From a virus, in the IMG/VR virus record IMGVR_UViG_3300017978_000327, positions 1-43,435 of that record: a stretch of DNA of 43,435 bases. One strand, given 5' to 3'. The position numbers and the translations under genes were made by a program. Below, in pieces: positions 33,774-43,184 of this stretch; the first letter of the stretch is position 1, and each line of letters starts with the position of its first letter. The notes below the pieces were generated by a model, which was not told the origin of the DNA, made no database searches, and was given only the letters and a program-made list of their open reading frames with translations.

Positions 33774-36010
33774 TCCTGGCATTGTGCCTCATTGTTCCGT
33801 CGATTGCTGGTGCTGCAACGTCAGTAACCAAGGATTCAATTACCTGGAATTTCAACGCTGATTACACAGTCGGTCAATTCGTCACTGGCGACTGGTACGT
33901 TGTGGCTCCATCTGGTTTGACTGTCACAAGTATCACCGAGACAAGTTCCTATGCTCTTGGCGGCTCGATGAAAAACCCTAACCCTGCTCTCAAGAAACAA
34001 GGGTACTTTGACAATGGCACTGACACCAACAAAGCAGCATATGATGCAACTTTAAACGTAGGCAGTTCGAGTATTTCGTTAGTTGCCGGCGATATGCTGA
34101 TAAGCACCACGATATATCCTTATTACGGGGTAGTTTATGATGGAGAAAAAAACTATACAATGATAGATGAGGCGGCGATCTTGACCGTTTTATCTGCTGC
34201 CCCTGCCTACGGCGCAGACTCCTTTCGACCTGGTATCTGTGACACGACAAGGACAGTATACAATTCGGCCAACATTGACTACGACCAATTAGCTGACGTA
34301 ACACCTGCCAGTGGTGCACCTAGTTTAAGTGCGGTTGAGGAACTCTTCGCAAGGCCGTGGATAGATCACTACGCTGGCCCTCCTGGCCGGTCGATTCATC
34401 CTCACAATAACATGCGGGATTATGGTGGAGAGATAAGCGTAGACATAGGCAACGCCGCCCTGCTGGTGAATACTAATCTTACAAACGCACAGAAAAAGCC
34501 GCTGACAGTTGGGCTTATTCAGATGGGTATTGACACATACAGCATGGTAACTCGTAACAGGAGATTGTTTGATATATCTCCCGCACATACAGTCGGTAGA
34601 AAATTCCCGGTTCTATTTGCCGCCAATGTTATGAACATTACGGCTTTTAAATCATTTATTCAGAGAACCGGACAATACATGACTGCAACCTGGGGTGTGC
34701 TCCCTAGTGATGCTTATGTGTTTGACGAGGATTATACGTCTTATGTTCGCAGTGAAGATGTCTCAGTAACTGCCACAGGTACTGCTCAGTATTTACCAGA
34801 TTATAACTATACTTCTGCTATGATCGGGATGCCTGAATGGTTTCATCACGATTTTACCAATCGGGCGAAGAGTAATGCCGCATGGACACCAGATCCTTAT
34901 CGGTTTCTTTCCAGTTCGACATATTATGGTGCGGCAACTGCAACTATCCTGATGGGGGCAAGGAGCCAGTGGAATAACCAGGCATACTTTGATTACATAT
35001 CCCGCTTGGCAGCGATTACCCGAGGTAGTGCCGATCCTAACGGTTTTACTGTTCCGCTTGAAGCATCAGGAAACAGTACCGCATATGGGAGTAATTGGGG
35101 TTTGGCTATGTGGGACTTGTACAGTGATAGTGTAACCGGCAATACTCCGCCTTCTCGAACCAATCTAGGCCCAACAAGCCTGCTGGCATCAGGAACAACC
35201 ACGGCGACACTGACAGTCGATGCGACCGACGCAGAAGGTAGTGTGGCAGGATGCAAGGCAAATACTACTGACGTTGCCTACGCTTCGATGTCCATTACCA
35301 TGACAGGATCACTTGGCACTTACACTTATGGTCTTACCGGACTGACTGATGGATCAAGTTATAATTATTATGTGCGCTGCATCGACGATGAGGGGCTGGC
35401 AAACACAACTAGTTCTTTGATAAGTTTTTCCGTTGATGAAGCAGTAGTGGATCAAGTGTGTGACGCTAACCATTACTGGTTGTGTGAGACTGATGAGACT
35501 TGTGTTGGAGCAGGACACTCTTACTATGACAGTTTTTGCCATAGCGCAACTTTACCGTCAAATGTGGTAGGCGGTAACCTCTTAACCAATCCGACTTTAA
35601 CCTGGGCTGGTGCAACCTTAACCGGATGGGATTTACCCTACTCAGGAGTAACAGCAATTTCCGGTGGTGGGGCTAAACTTACCGCGGGTGTAGCATGGCC
35701 ACCGGCTGCTATCAGGCAACGTATAGGCAGTATTGGTGATGGTAAAACTTATATAGTCGTTGCTGATGTAAGCGCATCGACAGATCAGCTTGAACTTTAC
35801 ACCACGGCAGAGGGGATTCAATATTTTTATGGACTCCCCAGGACTGTTATAACTGAATTTACTACTAACGGCGACAACTGGATGTATGTTCAGACGCATC
35901 ATACCGCTGTCAGGTATAACGATGTCTTGCATGTCGGGGTTTACGAGGTTCGGAATCGACCGGCAGGCTCTAATGTCGGTATGGGCTTTTCAGGCGTGAC
36001 GATACAATAG
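33761..36010 (+). CDS. Secreted multidomain carbohydrate-active-like protein (catalytic-size N-domain, FN3/Ig-like module, Cys-rich linker, CBM-like C-terminus)
   Basis: N-terminus MFRIILALCLIVPSIAGA-ATS. The module ...CKANTTDVAYASMSITM...YNYYVRCIDDEGLANTTS is shared with the 39046 gene. The C-terminal GGNLLTNPTLTWAGATLTGW... is like CBM4/9-type modules. Confidence 0.75.
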   Translation: MFRIILALCLIVPSIAGAATSVTKDSITWNFNADYTVGQFVTGDWYVVAPSGLTVTSITETSSYALGGSMKNPNPALKKQGYFDNGTDTNKAAYDATLNVGSSSISLVAGDMLISTTIYPYYGVVYDGEKNYTMIDEAAILTVLSAAPAYGADSFRPGICDTTRTVYNSANIDYDQLADVTPASGAPSLSAVEELFARPWIDHYAGPPGRSIHPHNNMRDYGGEISVDIGNAALLVNTNLTNAQKKPLTVGLIQMGIDTYSMVTRNRRLFDISPAHTVGRKFPVLFAANVMNITAFKSFIQRTGQYMTATWGVLPSDAYVFDEDYTSYVRSEDVSVTATGTAQYLPDYNYTSAMIGMPEWFHHDFTNRAKSNAAWTPDPYRFLSSSTYYGAATATILMGARSQWNNQAYFDYISRLAAITRGSADPNGFTVPLEASGNSTAYGSNWGLAMWDLYSDSVTGNTPPSRTNLGPTSLLASGTTTATLTVDATDAEGSVAGCKANTTDVAYASMSITMTGSLGTYTYGLTGLTDGSSYNYYVRCIDDEGLANTTSSLISFSVDEAVVDQVCDANHYWLCETDETCVGAGHSYYDSFCHSATLPSNVVGGNLLTNPTLTWAGATLTGWDLPYSGVTAISGGGAKLTAGVAWPPAAIRQRIGSIGDGKTYIVVADVSASTDQLELYTTAEGIQYFYGLPRTVITEFTTNGDNWMYVQTHHTAVRYNDVLHVGVYEVRNRPAGSNVGMGFSGVTIQ

Positions 36011-36017
36011 GAGCGAT

Positions 36018-36464
36018 ATGTTTAACTTAGGATTAGGACTGATGAGCGGCGGTAACGCAGGAATACCGAAACGTGCCCCAGGTGATTTCTCGGTAAGGTG
36101 GACAATAGTAAATGCTGAACCGCTTACAGAATACACAAGTAGACCAGTTAAGCTGATTCTTGCCAGTAACACTGCAATAGCAGTGATAGGGTCATCTTCC
36201 TACTCACTTAATGGTGGTGCATTTACAGTCGATGCAGGAACAGCGCATAATAACGATATTCTTCTGGTTAAAGACGACTCTCCTGATGTTTATACAACTG
36301 ACCTTGAATCACCTGAACAGACTGACGGTGGCGTGACAATAGGTATTGTTGCTTGTCCTTTTACGATAATAGCCAAAGTTGATCCTGCGACGCTTGTTTC
36401 GCAAATAGTATTCCAAGACGGTGACGGGGTATTAACCCAAGACGGGGATATATTAATCTTTTGA
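36018..36464 (+). CDS. 148-aa beta-rich protein without signal peptide
   Basis: ORF inside the operon. N-terminus MFNLGLGLMSGGNAGIPKRAPG is not signal-like. Confidence 0.6.
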   Translation: MFNLGLGLMSGGNAGIPKRAPGDFSVRWTIVNAEPLTEYTSRPVKLILASNTAIAVIGSSSYSLNGGAFTVDAGTAHNNDILLVKDDSPDVYTTDLESPEQTDGGVTIGIVACPFTIIAKVDPATLVSQIVFQDGDGVLTQDGDILIF

Positions 36465-36473
36465 GGAAATGAT

Positions 36474-39044
36474 ATGAAAAAACTATTTTTAGTGGTTGCC
36501 CTTGTTGCCGTTTGCGGTTCTGCTTATGGGGCAGATAAGCGAGTTACTGACCTTACCGCACAGACGGAAGCAATAGCAAGCGGCGATCTTCTTATGAGTG
36601 TTGACGTTAGTGATACAACGGACCATGCCACTGGTTCATCAAAGAAGGCTACATATACCCAAGTTGGCACTTATTTTGCGACTTTATTTGCTCCGATTGC
36701 AAGTCCAACATTTACAGGAACTTTATCTGCTCCTGAAATAATTGCAACAGGATCAGGCGGATTGAAGTCGGGTGTAGCAAGTTCTCAACAGGGTGCATTG
36801 ACGCTTTATTCAAATGTCAATCCCTATGCTTTCGGGTTGACCCCCGCAGCAACTCCCGCAGAAACATTTTCTTTCAAGGCTCCTGCTGCACAGGCAACGG
36901 CTGATGGTGCTTTGCTAACTGTAATAGATCACACTACCGGGCAATTAGGATATACTGCTCCATCGAGTTTAGCGGACGGAACAGGGACCGACGACCAGAC
37001 GGCAAGCGAGGTTGTTTTTACTCCTAATGGTTCAATAGCGGCAACAGATGTACAGGCTGCAATCCAAGAGGTTCGTGACGAGGCTGGTTCTGGCCACACT
37101 GAGGTTACACTTTCGACCGATCTTGGCAATAATCTTCTTGGTTTGTCTACTCAGACGATCTCACTTGATAACCAAAATGCCAACATAGTTTTCGCTGGCC
37201 CGACTACCGGAGCAGCAGCCGCACCTACTTTCAGGAGCTTGGTTGACGCTGACATTCCGAGCGCAATAGCGAGGGACACTGAGATTATAGCGGCTCCGAC
37301 AGATGCAACCATTTCAACTTCAGCGGTGGCAACCAATGATGCGAGCACCAGTAAACATGGCTGGCTGATGATGGCTACCGCTCCTGCCGCCGGACTTAGA
37401 AATATTCTTGCCATTGATAATGCGGAAACGGGATATAAAAACGCTGCACTGTTTGACACTACATCTCCTGAGTCACAGGCATTCGGTGATTCAGCGGCTG
37501 TTGGTTCGGCAATGACTGCGGCAAGGCGAGATCATAAGCACGCTATGCCAGCGGCCCAGACTCCAACAAGCCTTAACCTGCTTATTGGTACGAACACTCA
37601 AGCTTATGATGCTGACCTTGACGACCTGGCAGACGGTTCTTTAACTGGTACAAAACTTGGAATTTCCGATGCTGGAAACTATTTCACTGGAACCAATGCC
37701 GAGACAGTTTTGCAGGAACTTGGTGCAAAACTCCCCACTGGTTCAGATGGCACATATGGTCTTCTCTTGAACAACAACACTACCAGAACACCTACCGCAA
37801 CAAGTTATGAATTGTACCCTGATGGAGGGGTATGGAAAGCAAATACAAACGGAACGGAAAACACAATAGCTATAGGCCCGTTAGCAGGTCAGGTATCATT
37901 TACTGGCCCGACAACGGCTAGGGCTTATGCTCTTCCTGATGCGGCTGCAACGATTCTATATTCTGGTGGTGCTCTTGGAACTCCTTCAGGGGGAACTCTT
38001 ACTAACGCCACAGGGCTTCCAATAGCCGGGGTTACTGGTTGGGGTACAGGAATCGCTACGGCGCTTGCAATTAACACGGGGTCGGCTGGTGCACCAGTAT
38101 TGTTTAATGGAGCAGCAGGAACACCTTCATCTCTCAACCTTACAAATGCTCTGGTAAATTCAGGAACATCTCTCCCTGGAACATGCACCGCCGGGGCTTT
38201 ATTCATTGACACCGATGCTGACACGAACGGGCAACTATATTCATGTGTGGCAACAAACACTTGGAAAGATGTTGATGATGACGGTGGGGCGGGTGGAATG
38301 GCAACCACTGATATTGATACCAGCTCTGAATTATCCACAATCCTGACTGACGAGGTTGGAACAGGTTACTCGGTGTTCAACACTGCCCCAACTTTTGTAA
38401 CCTCTATAGCTCCGACAACAGCAGATGGTGCAACCATAGGTACCGCCGCTCTTGAGTGGTCTGATATTTACCTTGCAGCCGGTGGGGTGATTAATGGTGA
38501 GAATGGACAGGAGAATAAAATAACCAGTTCTGCAACAGGTTGGAACTTCAACCTTCCTATTGGTAACTATCAAGCAAATGACCCAGACGTAGCGGCAGAA
38601 GGAAAGATGGGTTGGGATGCAAATGGTGATTGGCTGAGAATCCATGACGGCACCAACCAAGTAGCTGTAGCCAGAAAACTTGAATGCTATGATGCAACAG
38701 TTGTCAGTCCGAACGATCTGGCTGATGCAACTCGTGATGCTTTTCGGATGTGGCAGAACAACAGCGGAATGAGTTTTGTTGTCACATCATGGACTGCTCA
38801 AAGTGCGGCTGACAACACCGATATAAACATTGAGACAACCACGAACACTGGCGGAACTAATGCAACCGTTGATGCGGTTTCAATAACCACTGACGGAACC
38901 GGCCTATTTTATGCTTCTGATGCCACGATTACCGCTGGAACTATAACAACCGGAAGTATAATCTGGCTAGACTTCGACGATACCGACGATCCAGGTTGGG
39001 TATCGGTCAGCGTGTGTGGTTACTATAACGGAGATGTCAACTAA
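36474..39044 (+). CDS. Signal-peptide-bearing large tail-fibre-like adhesin
   Basis: N-terminus MKKLFLVVALVAVCGSAYG-ADK. Fibre-type motifs: APTFRSLVDADIP, AARRDHKHAMP, CTAGALFIDTDADTNGQLYSCVATNTWKDV. Shares the 35-aa module with the 31433 gene. Confidence 0.8.
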   Translation: MKKLFLVVALVAVCGSAYGADKRVTDLTAQTEAIASGDLLMSVDVSDTTDHATGSSKKATYTQVGTYFATLFAPIASPTFTGTLSAPEIIATGSGGLKSGVASSQQGALTLYSNVNPYAFGLTPAATPAETFSFKAPAAQATADGALLTVIDHTTGQLGYTAPSSLADGTGTDDQTASEVVFTPNGSIAATDVQAAIQEVRDEAGSGHTEVTLSTDLGNNLLGLSTQTISLDNQNANIVFAGPTTGAAAAPTFRSLVDADIPSAIARDTEIIAAPTDATISTSAVATNDASTSKHGWLMMATAPAAGLRNILAIDNAETGYKNAALFDTTSPESQAFGDSAAVGSAMTAARRDHKHAMPAAQTPTSLNLLIGTNTQAYDADLDDLADGSLTGTKLGISDAGNYFTGTNAETVLQELGAKLPTGSDGTYGLLLNNNTTRTPTATSYELYPDGGVWKANTNGTENTIAIGPLAGQVSFTGPTTARAYALPDAAATILYSGGALGTPSGGTLTNATGLPIAGVTGWGTGIATALAINTGSAGAPVLFNGAAGTPSSLNLTNALVNSGTSLPGTCTAGALFIDTDADTNGQLYSCVATNTWKDVDDDGGAGGMATTDIDTSSELSTILTDEVGTGYSVFNTAPTFVTSIAPTTADGATIGTAALEWSDIYLAAGGVINGENGQENKITSSATGWNFNLPIGNYQANDPDVAAEGKMGWDANGDWLRIHDGTNQVAVARKLECYDATVVSPNDLADATRDAFRMWQNNSGMSFVVTSWTAQSAADNTDINIETTTNTGGTNATVDAVSITTDGTGLFYASDATITAGTITTGSIIWLDFDDTDDPGWVSVSVCGYYNGDVN

Positions 39045-39045
39045 T

Positions 39046-40734
39046 ATGAGATACTTAATTGCGATATTATTGGTCCTGATGTGCTCTGTTGCATGGGCCA
39101 GGACTGTTACGGTTGGGCAGGCTCCGGTTGTTGCTGGTGGACCGGAGATTACATATGTCTCAACTGGCACAGTAGCTGGAGGTGCAACTCCGGCAGCAAT
39201 CACACCTGGAATACCATCGTCAATCCAGGCCGGAGACTTACTCGTTCTCGCTGTTGAAAACAAATACCCGACAAACTCACCGTCTACTCCGACAGGATGG
39301 ACGCTTTCAAGTAATTGCCAGGGTTCGGGTGGGGCGAGTACAGCGGCGGCTGACTCAGGGACGGTTTATTCAACAGTTTTCTGGAAAAAAGCAATTGGCA
39401 ATGAATCAGGGACCCAAACAGTAACAATCACATCTGCCAACTCCAGCCGGGGTGCTATCGTCGCGTATCGACCAACATCCGGTTATGAGATTACTCCGGT
39501 CTGCACGAACGGGGCATACTCCCACGGGTCAACGACTTCATGGAGTGCAACCGGGGCAGACGATCCAGGTTTTGCGGCTGGCGATTGGGCAGTCGTGGCT
39601 AGTGCCAACAACTCTGATCTTGCGGCATCGTTCAGTTCCCAAGCGATGACCGCAACCGGTTATACGTTTGGCTCGATGACTGAGCGTGTGGATTCTGTAG
39701 AGTCTCAAGGAAACGATTCTTCATTAGTTGTTGCGGATTTTGCCTCAGGGACTGGAACCAGTTCAGATGTACCGACGTATACCATGACCGGGGCGACGAA
39801 TGGCACGAACACTCCGGCAGGATCTAGCGTAATCGTAAGGTTGCGACCAGTAGCCGATACCACGGCACCGACAATTAGCGCGGCTTTACCTTCTGCGAAC
39901 GTATCATGTCCGGAAGACCCGACAGCCGTAACCATCGGAGTCACTACTGACGAAGCCGCGAATTGCAAATGGGATACTTCAGACACCACTTACGAGCTGA
40001 TGGCAAATACTTACAGCACCGGCCAAGGCGCATCAGTGCATACCACTTCAATTGGCAATCTAGCTTGTGAGGCCACGGCTACCAGATACACACGATGTGC
40101 TGACACACTTGGCAATGCCAATAGTTCCAGCACCACCCACAGTATCACGATGGCGGCATTAAGTACCGGGAATAGTGATTCGTTTACCGGAACAGATGAT
40201 ACATTGCTGGCAACTCATGATAGTAATTGGGTTAACGCTAACAGTACATATACTGTAGCCGGTTTTGAGCTTTACTCAAACACCGTAAGGCCGGTAGGAT
40301 CATACGACACCGCAGGGGCCAGATACAATATTAGTACATCTGATATTTCTCAGGCTGTCTATAAGGGTGGGCGATCAGGTGATCAAACGACCAGCTATGC
40401 CGCCGTTAGAATGAACGGTACATCTCTTGGGTATAGCTGTATTTTTTCTGGTGCAAGCGGTGGGAACTGGACTATTGTTGATGTTCAGAAAGACGGGAAT
40501 TGGGTAGCCCAAGCAATAACCGGAGGCACCTGGGCGCAATCAGCAGACCACACGATGAGAGTACGAGCTTCTGGGACGGGCGGTACGGTAACAGTTTACT
40601 GCTCTGTCGATGGCGGATCGGAAGGAAGCTACGCCGATTCTACCGCTCCATATACAACCGGTTTACCTGGATTAGTCGGCTATGCTGACGGAACGATGAT
40701 AAACGCAACATTCGATGATTGGACGGATGAATGA
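39046..40734 (+). CDS. Secreted protein with FN3/Ig-like module and lectin-like C-terminal domain
   Basis: ATG 39046, 1 nt after the previous stop; the track start is GTG 39016. N-terminus MRYLIAILLVLMCSVAWA-RTV. Module ...ANCKWDTSDTTYELMAN...RYTRCADTLGNANSS. Confidence 0.75.
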   Translation: MRYLIAILLVLMCSVAWARTVTVGQAPVVAGGPEITYVSTGTVAGGATPAAITPGIPSSIQAGDLLVLAVENKYPTNSPSTPTGWTLSSNCQGSGGASTAAADSGTVYSTVFWKKAIGNESGTQTVTITSANSSRGAIVAYRPTSGYEITPVCTNGAYSHGSTTSWSATGADDPGFAAGDWAVVASANNSDLAASFSSQAMTATGYTFGSMTERVDSVESQGNDSSLVVADFASGTGTSSDVPTYTMTGATNGTNTPAGSSVIVRLRPVADTTAPTISAALPSANVSCPEDPTAVTIGVTTDEAANCKWDTSDTTYELMANTYSTGQGASVHTTSIGNLACEATATRYTRCADTLGNANSSSTTHSITMAALSTGNSDSFTGTDDTLLATHDSNWVNANSTYTVAGFELYSNTVRPVGSYDTAGARYNISTSDISQAVYKGGRSGDQTTSYAAVRMNGTSLGYSCIFSGASGGNWTIVDVQKDGNWVAQAITGGTWAQSADHTMRVRASGTGGTVTVYCSVDGGSEGSYADSTAPYTTGLPGLVGYADGTMINATFDDWTDE

Positions 40735-42404
40735 AATATACTATAGCTCTAATATTATTGATATTATCAACGACTCAGTCTAATGCTGCAACTTACTATG
40801 TATGCGGTTCTGCATCATCCTGCAATTCTGGGAACGGTTCTCCTTCCGGGTGGTCAACCGGGGCCAGTGGGAATAGCGGGCTGTCAAAGGCCGCGCCAAA
40901 GGCAACCATCGCTCAGGGCATTGCATTATTGACTACCGGCGCGGGCGATACTCTAATAATTGGAAACGGTAATTATGTAAATCAGCAGATCCTTACAGCT
41001 CCATCCGGCACTTCCGGGGCGTACACTAAAATTCATGCCGAGAATACAGGTGGTGCCGTGATTGACATGAGTTCAGCAACTGCGTGGGATAGTTGCGGGC
41101 TGCGTACAGGCGGTGATGATCATCATATAGAGTTTGATGGTTTAAAAATTCGAGGAAATCCGGCTCTGGGGGATACAAACGGTGTCGTCGAAATTTACGG
41201 TAGCTATATTAAACTGTTCAGGATTGCCGCATATGGTCAAGGGGAGGTTGGCACCAACTATGTATTTGCAACGATGTCTGGCTCTCATCATATTCTTATA
41301 GAGGAGTGCTGGGTTTGGGGTGGAGGTAGGTATAAATTTTTGGCATATGAATCATCCTATGTGGTCATGCGCCGTTGTGTTTCCAGGCACGATTGGAACG
41401 ATGACGGCGGAGGTGATGGTAGATCGCAACAGGCTTGTTTCACTAACTATGATTCATCTAATACTTTGTTCCAGAATTGTATTGCTATTGATTCCGGCGC
41501 TGTCGGAACACCACAGACTATGTACGGTGCGTGGTGGGACGAGAATAACGCGGCTGTATTGAAAACTGGTAAAATTACAAGTAGTATAATTCTGAACATA
41601 AGGACCAATTTTGCAGGAATGCATGACAAGCCCAGTGGCAATAGAACCATTGAGAATAGCATCATTTGGGATTCTAACGGTGGATGGGGTACTGCTGATT
41701 ATTATGGATATAGTGCGCCAACAATAAGCATCAACAAGATGACAATTGGGCAGATTATAGGAAATTACGACAGTGGTTGGCCGATTGCCCAGGGGACTGG
41801 CGTTAAGTATGGAGTTAGCGGTGGTTCAACAACTGTGACCGACTCTATTATTACAGGTGCGGCTGATTATGGTTTGGCTGAATGGGTAACTAACGATTAT
41901 ATCTCCTTTTATAATAACGGGGCCAACTACGGCGGATTAGAACATACGCCAACAGCCGGGGCGCACAACATAACAAATATCAATCCACTGACAAATTGCC
42001 TAAAATACCTCCCCCGCATCGAGTCAGCAAACTGCTCATTATACACGGCTGGGTCAAGTGGTGGACGGATCGGGGCGGAGATACTTTACAAGCATGGCAC
42101 GTCCGGGACACTGTATGGTGAAACTGGGTACGACACGTTGACGAGCGAACCGCTCTGGCCGTTTCCGAATGAAGATTTAATTAAGGCAGATTACGCTACT
42201 TATTCAGCTCATAGCATATCAGGAGCCAGAGGATTTGCGGCAACAGGAAATCAACTTGACGGGGCAACTCCAATTACCTTGACATCTTATATCTGGGAGT
42301 ACCTGGGCAATGAGATGCCTGCAGAGATTTATGGAGAGGAAGAGCCAGTCGCAGTAGCACCACTAACAGGCGGAAGTTGCCCAGGCTGCACGATCACTCA
42401 ATGA
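40731..42404 (+). CDS. Secreted right-handed beta-helix protein (polysaccharide lyase/hydrolase-like)
   Basis: ATGA overlap. N-terminus MKYTIALILLILSTTQSNA-ATYYV. YYVCGS...SKAAPKATIAQGIALLTTGAGDTLIIGNGNY is the typical N-cap of DUF1565/pectate-lyase-fold proteins. Confidence 0.75.
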   Translation: MKYTIALILLILSTTQSNAATYYVCGSASSCNSGNGSPSGWSTGASGNSGLSKAAPKATIAQGIALLTTGAGDTLIIGNGNYVNQQILTAPSGTSGAYTKIHAENTGGAVIDMSSATAWDSCGLRTGGDDHHIEFDGLKIRGNPALGDTNGVVEIYGSYIKLFRIAAYGQGEVGTNYVFATMSGSHHILIEECWVWGGGRYKFLAYESSYVVMRRCVSRHDWNDDGGGDGRSQQACFTNYDSSNTLFQNCIAIDSGAVGTPQTMYGAWWDENNAAVLKTGKITSSIILNIRTNFAGMHDKPSGNRTIENSIIWDSNGGWGTADYYGYSAPTISINKMTIGQIIGNYDSGWPIAQGTGVKYGVSGGSTTVTDSIITGAADYGLAEWVTNDYISFYNNGANYGGLEHTPTAGAHNITNINPLTNCLKYLPRIESANCSLYTAGSSGGRIGAEILYKHGTSGTLYGETGYDTLTSEPLWPFPNEDLIKADYATYSAHSISGARGFAATGNQLDGATPITLTSYIWEYLGNEMPAEIYGEEEPVAVAPLTGGSCPGCTITQ

Positions 42405-42571
42405 CCTGGCTAAAAGACCTATTCAGCGCAAACGTACAGGCAGACAAAACGACGCAGCGCGTTGAATTGTGGTTGAATGTTGGGAACTTAATTAAAAGGA
42501 TTGTGAGCAGGCCGGAACGTGATGGCAGGGAGCAAAAACCCGATAAAGTCTACACTAGAGGTGAGAAATGA
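42401..42571 (+). CDS. 56-aa hypothetical protein
   Basis: ATG 42401 forms an ATGA overlap with the previous stop. The track ORF extends to 42377. Confidence 0.45.
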   Translation: MTWLKDLFSANVQADKTTQRVELWLNVGNLIKRIVSRPERDGREQKPDKVYTRGEK

Positions 42572-42807
42572 AACAGTGGTTTTTTAGGTTCTGGGATTTG
42601 CATGGTGATAGGACAATATTTCTAACTGGTGCAACTCTTATGTCCCTGCTTCTGATAGCGGTTGGTGTCTCGTTTGAGGGATTTGAGGATCTTGTTAGCG
42701 CAGGAAAGACTACATTGGTTATGATCCTTGGTATTCTCGTAAACAAGGCCAGATCCCCAGAGGCTAAGTTTGATGAGAAAGAAGTTGACGCACAGGTCAA
42801 CGGATAA
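42568..42807 (+). CDS. Two-TM membrane protein, holin-like
   Basis: ATGA overlap. IFLTGATLMSLLLIAVGV and TTLVMILGILV are hydrophobic helices. Charged C-terminal tail. Confidence 0.55.
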   Translation: MKQWFFRFWDLHGDRTIFLTGATLMSLLLIAVGVSFEGFEDLVSAGKTTLVMILGILVNKARSPEAKFDEKEVDAQVNG

Positions 42808-42832
42808 CCCTGCCGTCTAAGGAAACTTTACA

Positions 42833-43165
42833 GTGATAGATACATTCGTGAAACTTGTATCAGCAAAAGCAGTGGAGCATTGGGAAGGGATAGCAACTCT
42901 TGTCGTTATTGTGTTGTACGGAAGAAACGATTACCGGGTAACGAAACTTGAAAGAGAAGAGGCAAAAAGGACTACTGCTGACTGTGACAGGCTGATGCAT
43001 AGTTGCGGATTACTCAACAATGAACGTCACAATGAAGGCAGAAGAGAACTTGACGGTATTGTAAATGCACTCAATCGGTTGGGTGATGCGGTGCGAGTTG
43101 ACATAAAAACCACGAATGATAAATTGGACAAGTTGATAGACTATATGATTGAGGCAAAGAAATGA
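42833..43165 (+). CDS. Single-TM plus coiled-coil membrane protein (spanin- or antiholin-like)
   Basis: GTG start with AAGGAA SD. GIATLVVIVLYG is a TM segment, followed by a charged helical region. Confidence 0.45.
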   Translation: MIDTFVKLVSAKAVEHWEGIATLVVIVLYGRNDYRVTKLEREEAKRTTADCDRLMHSCGLLNNERHNEGRRELDGIVNALNRLGDAVRVDIKTTNDKLDKLIDYMIEAKK

Positions 43166-43184
43166 CAGGAGTAAGGGAGCCATA

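Noticed and set aside
31685-37094. Diversity-generating retroelement (template/variable repeat pair) explaining the duplicated fibre segment
   Set aside because: No reverse transcriptase gene is present. Differences are synonymous third-position changes of all types rather than adenine-specific substitutions, and the protein sequence is invariant.
841-39045. Upstream-extended starts given by the ORF track (841, 2548, 2774, 3350, 7325, 12182, 12917, 14566, 15007, 19975, 27765, 32605, 39016, 42377, 43149)
   Set aside because: Each extension overlaps the preceding gene or uses a non-ATG codon without an SD. An in-frame ATG with an SD, or a start/stop overlap (ATGA/TAATG), lies downstream, and for four of them (32617, 39046, 2611, 2834) it exposes a signal peptide or the conserved junction motif.
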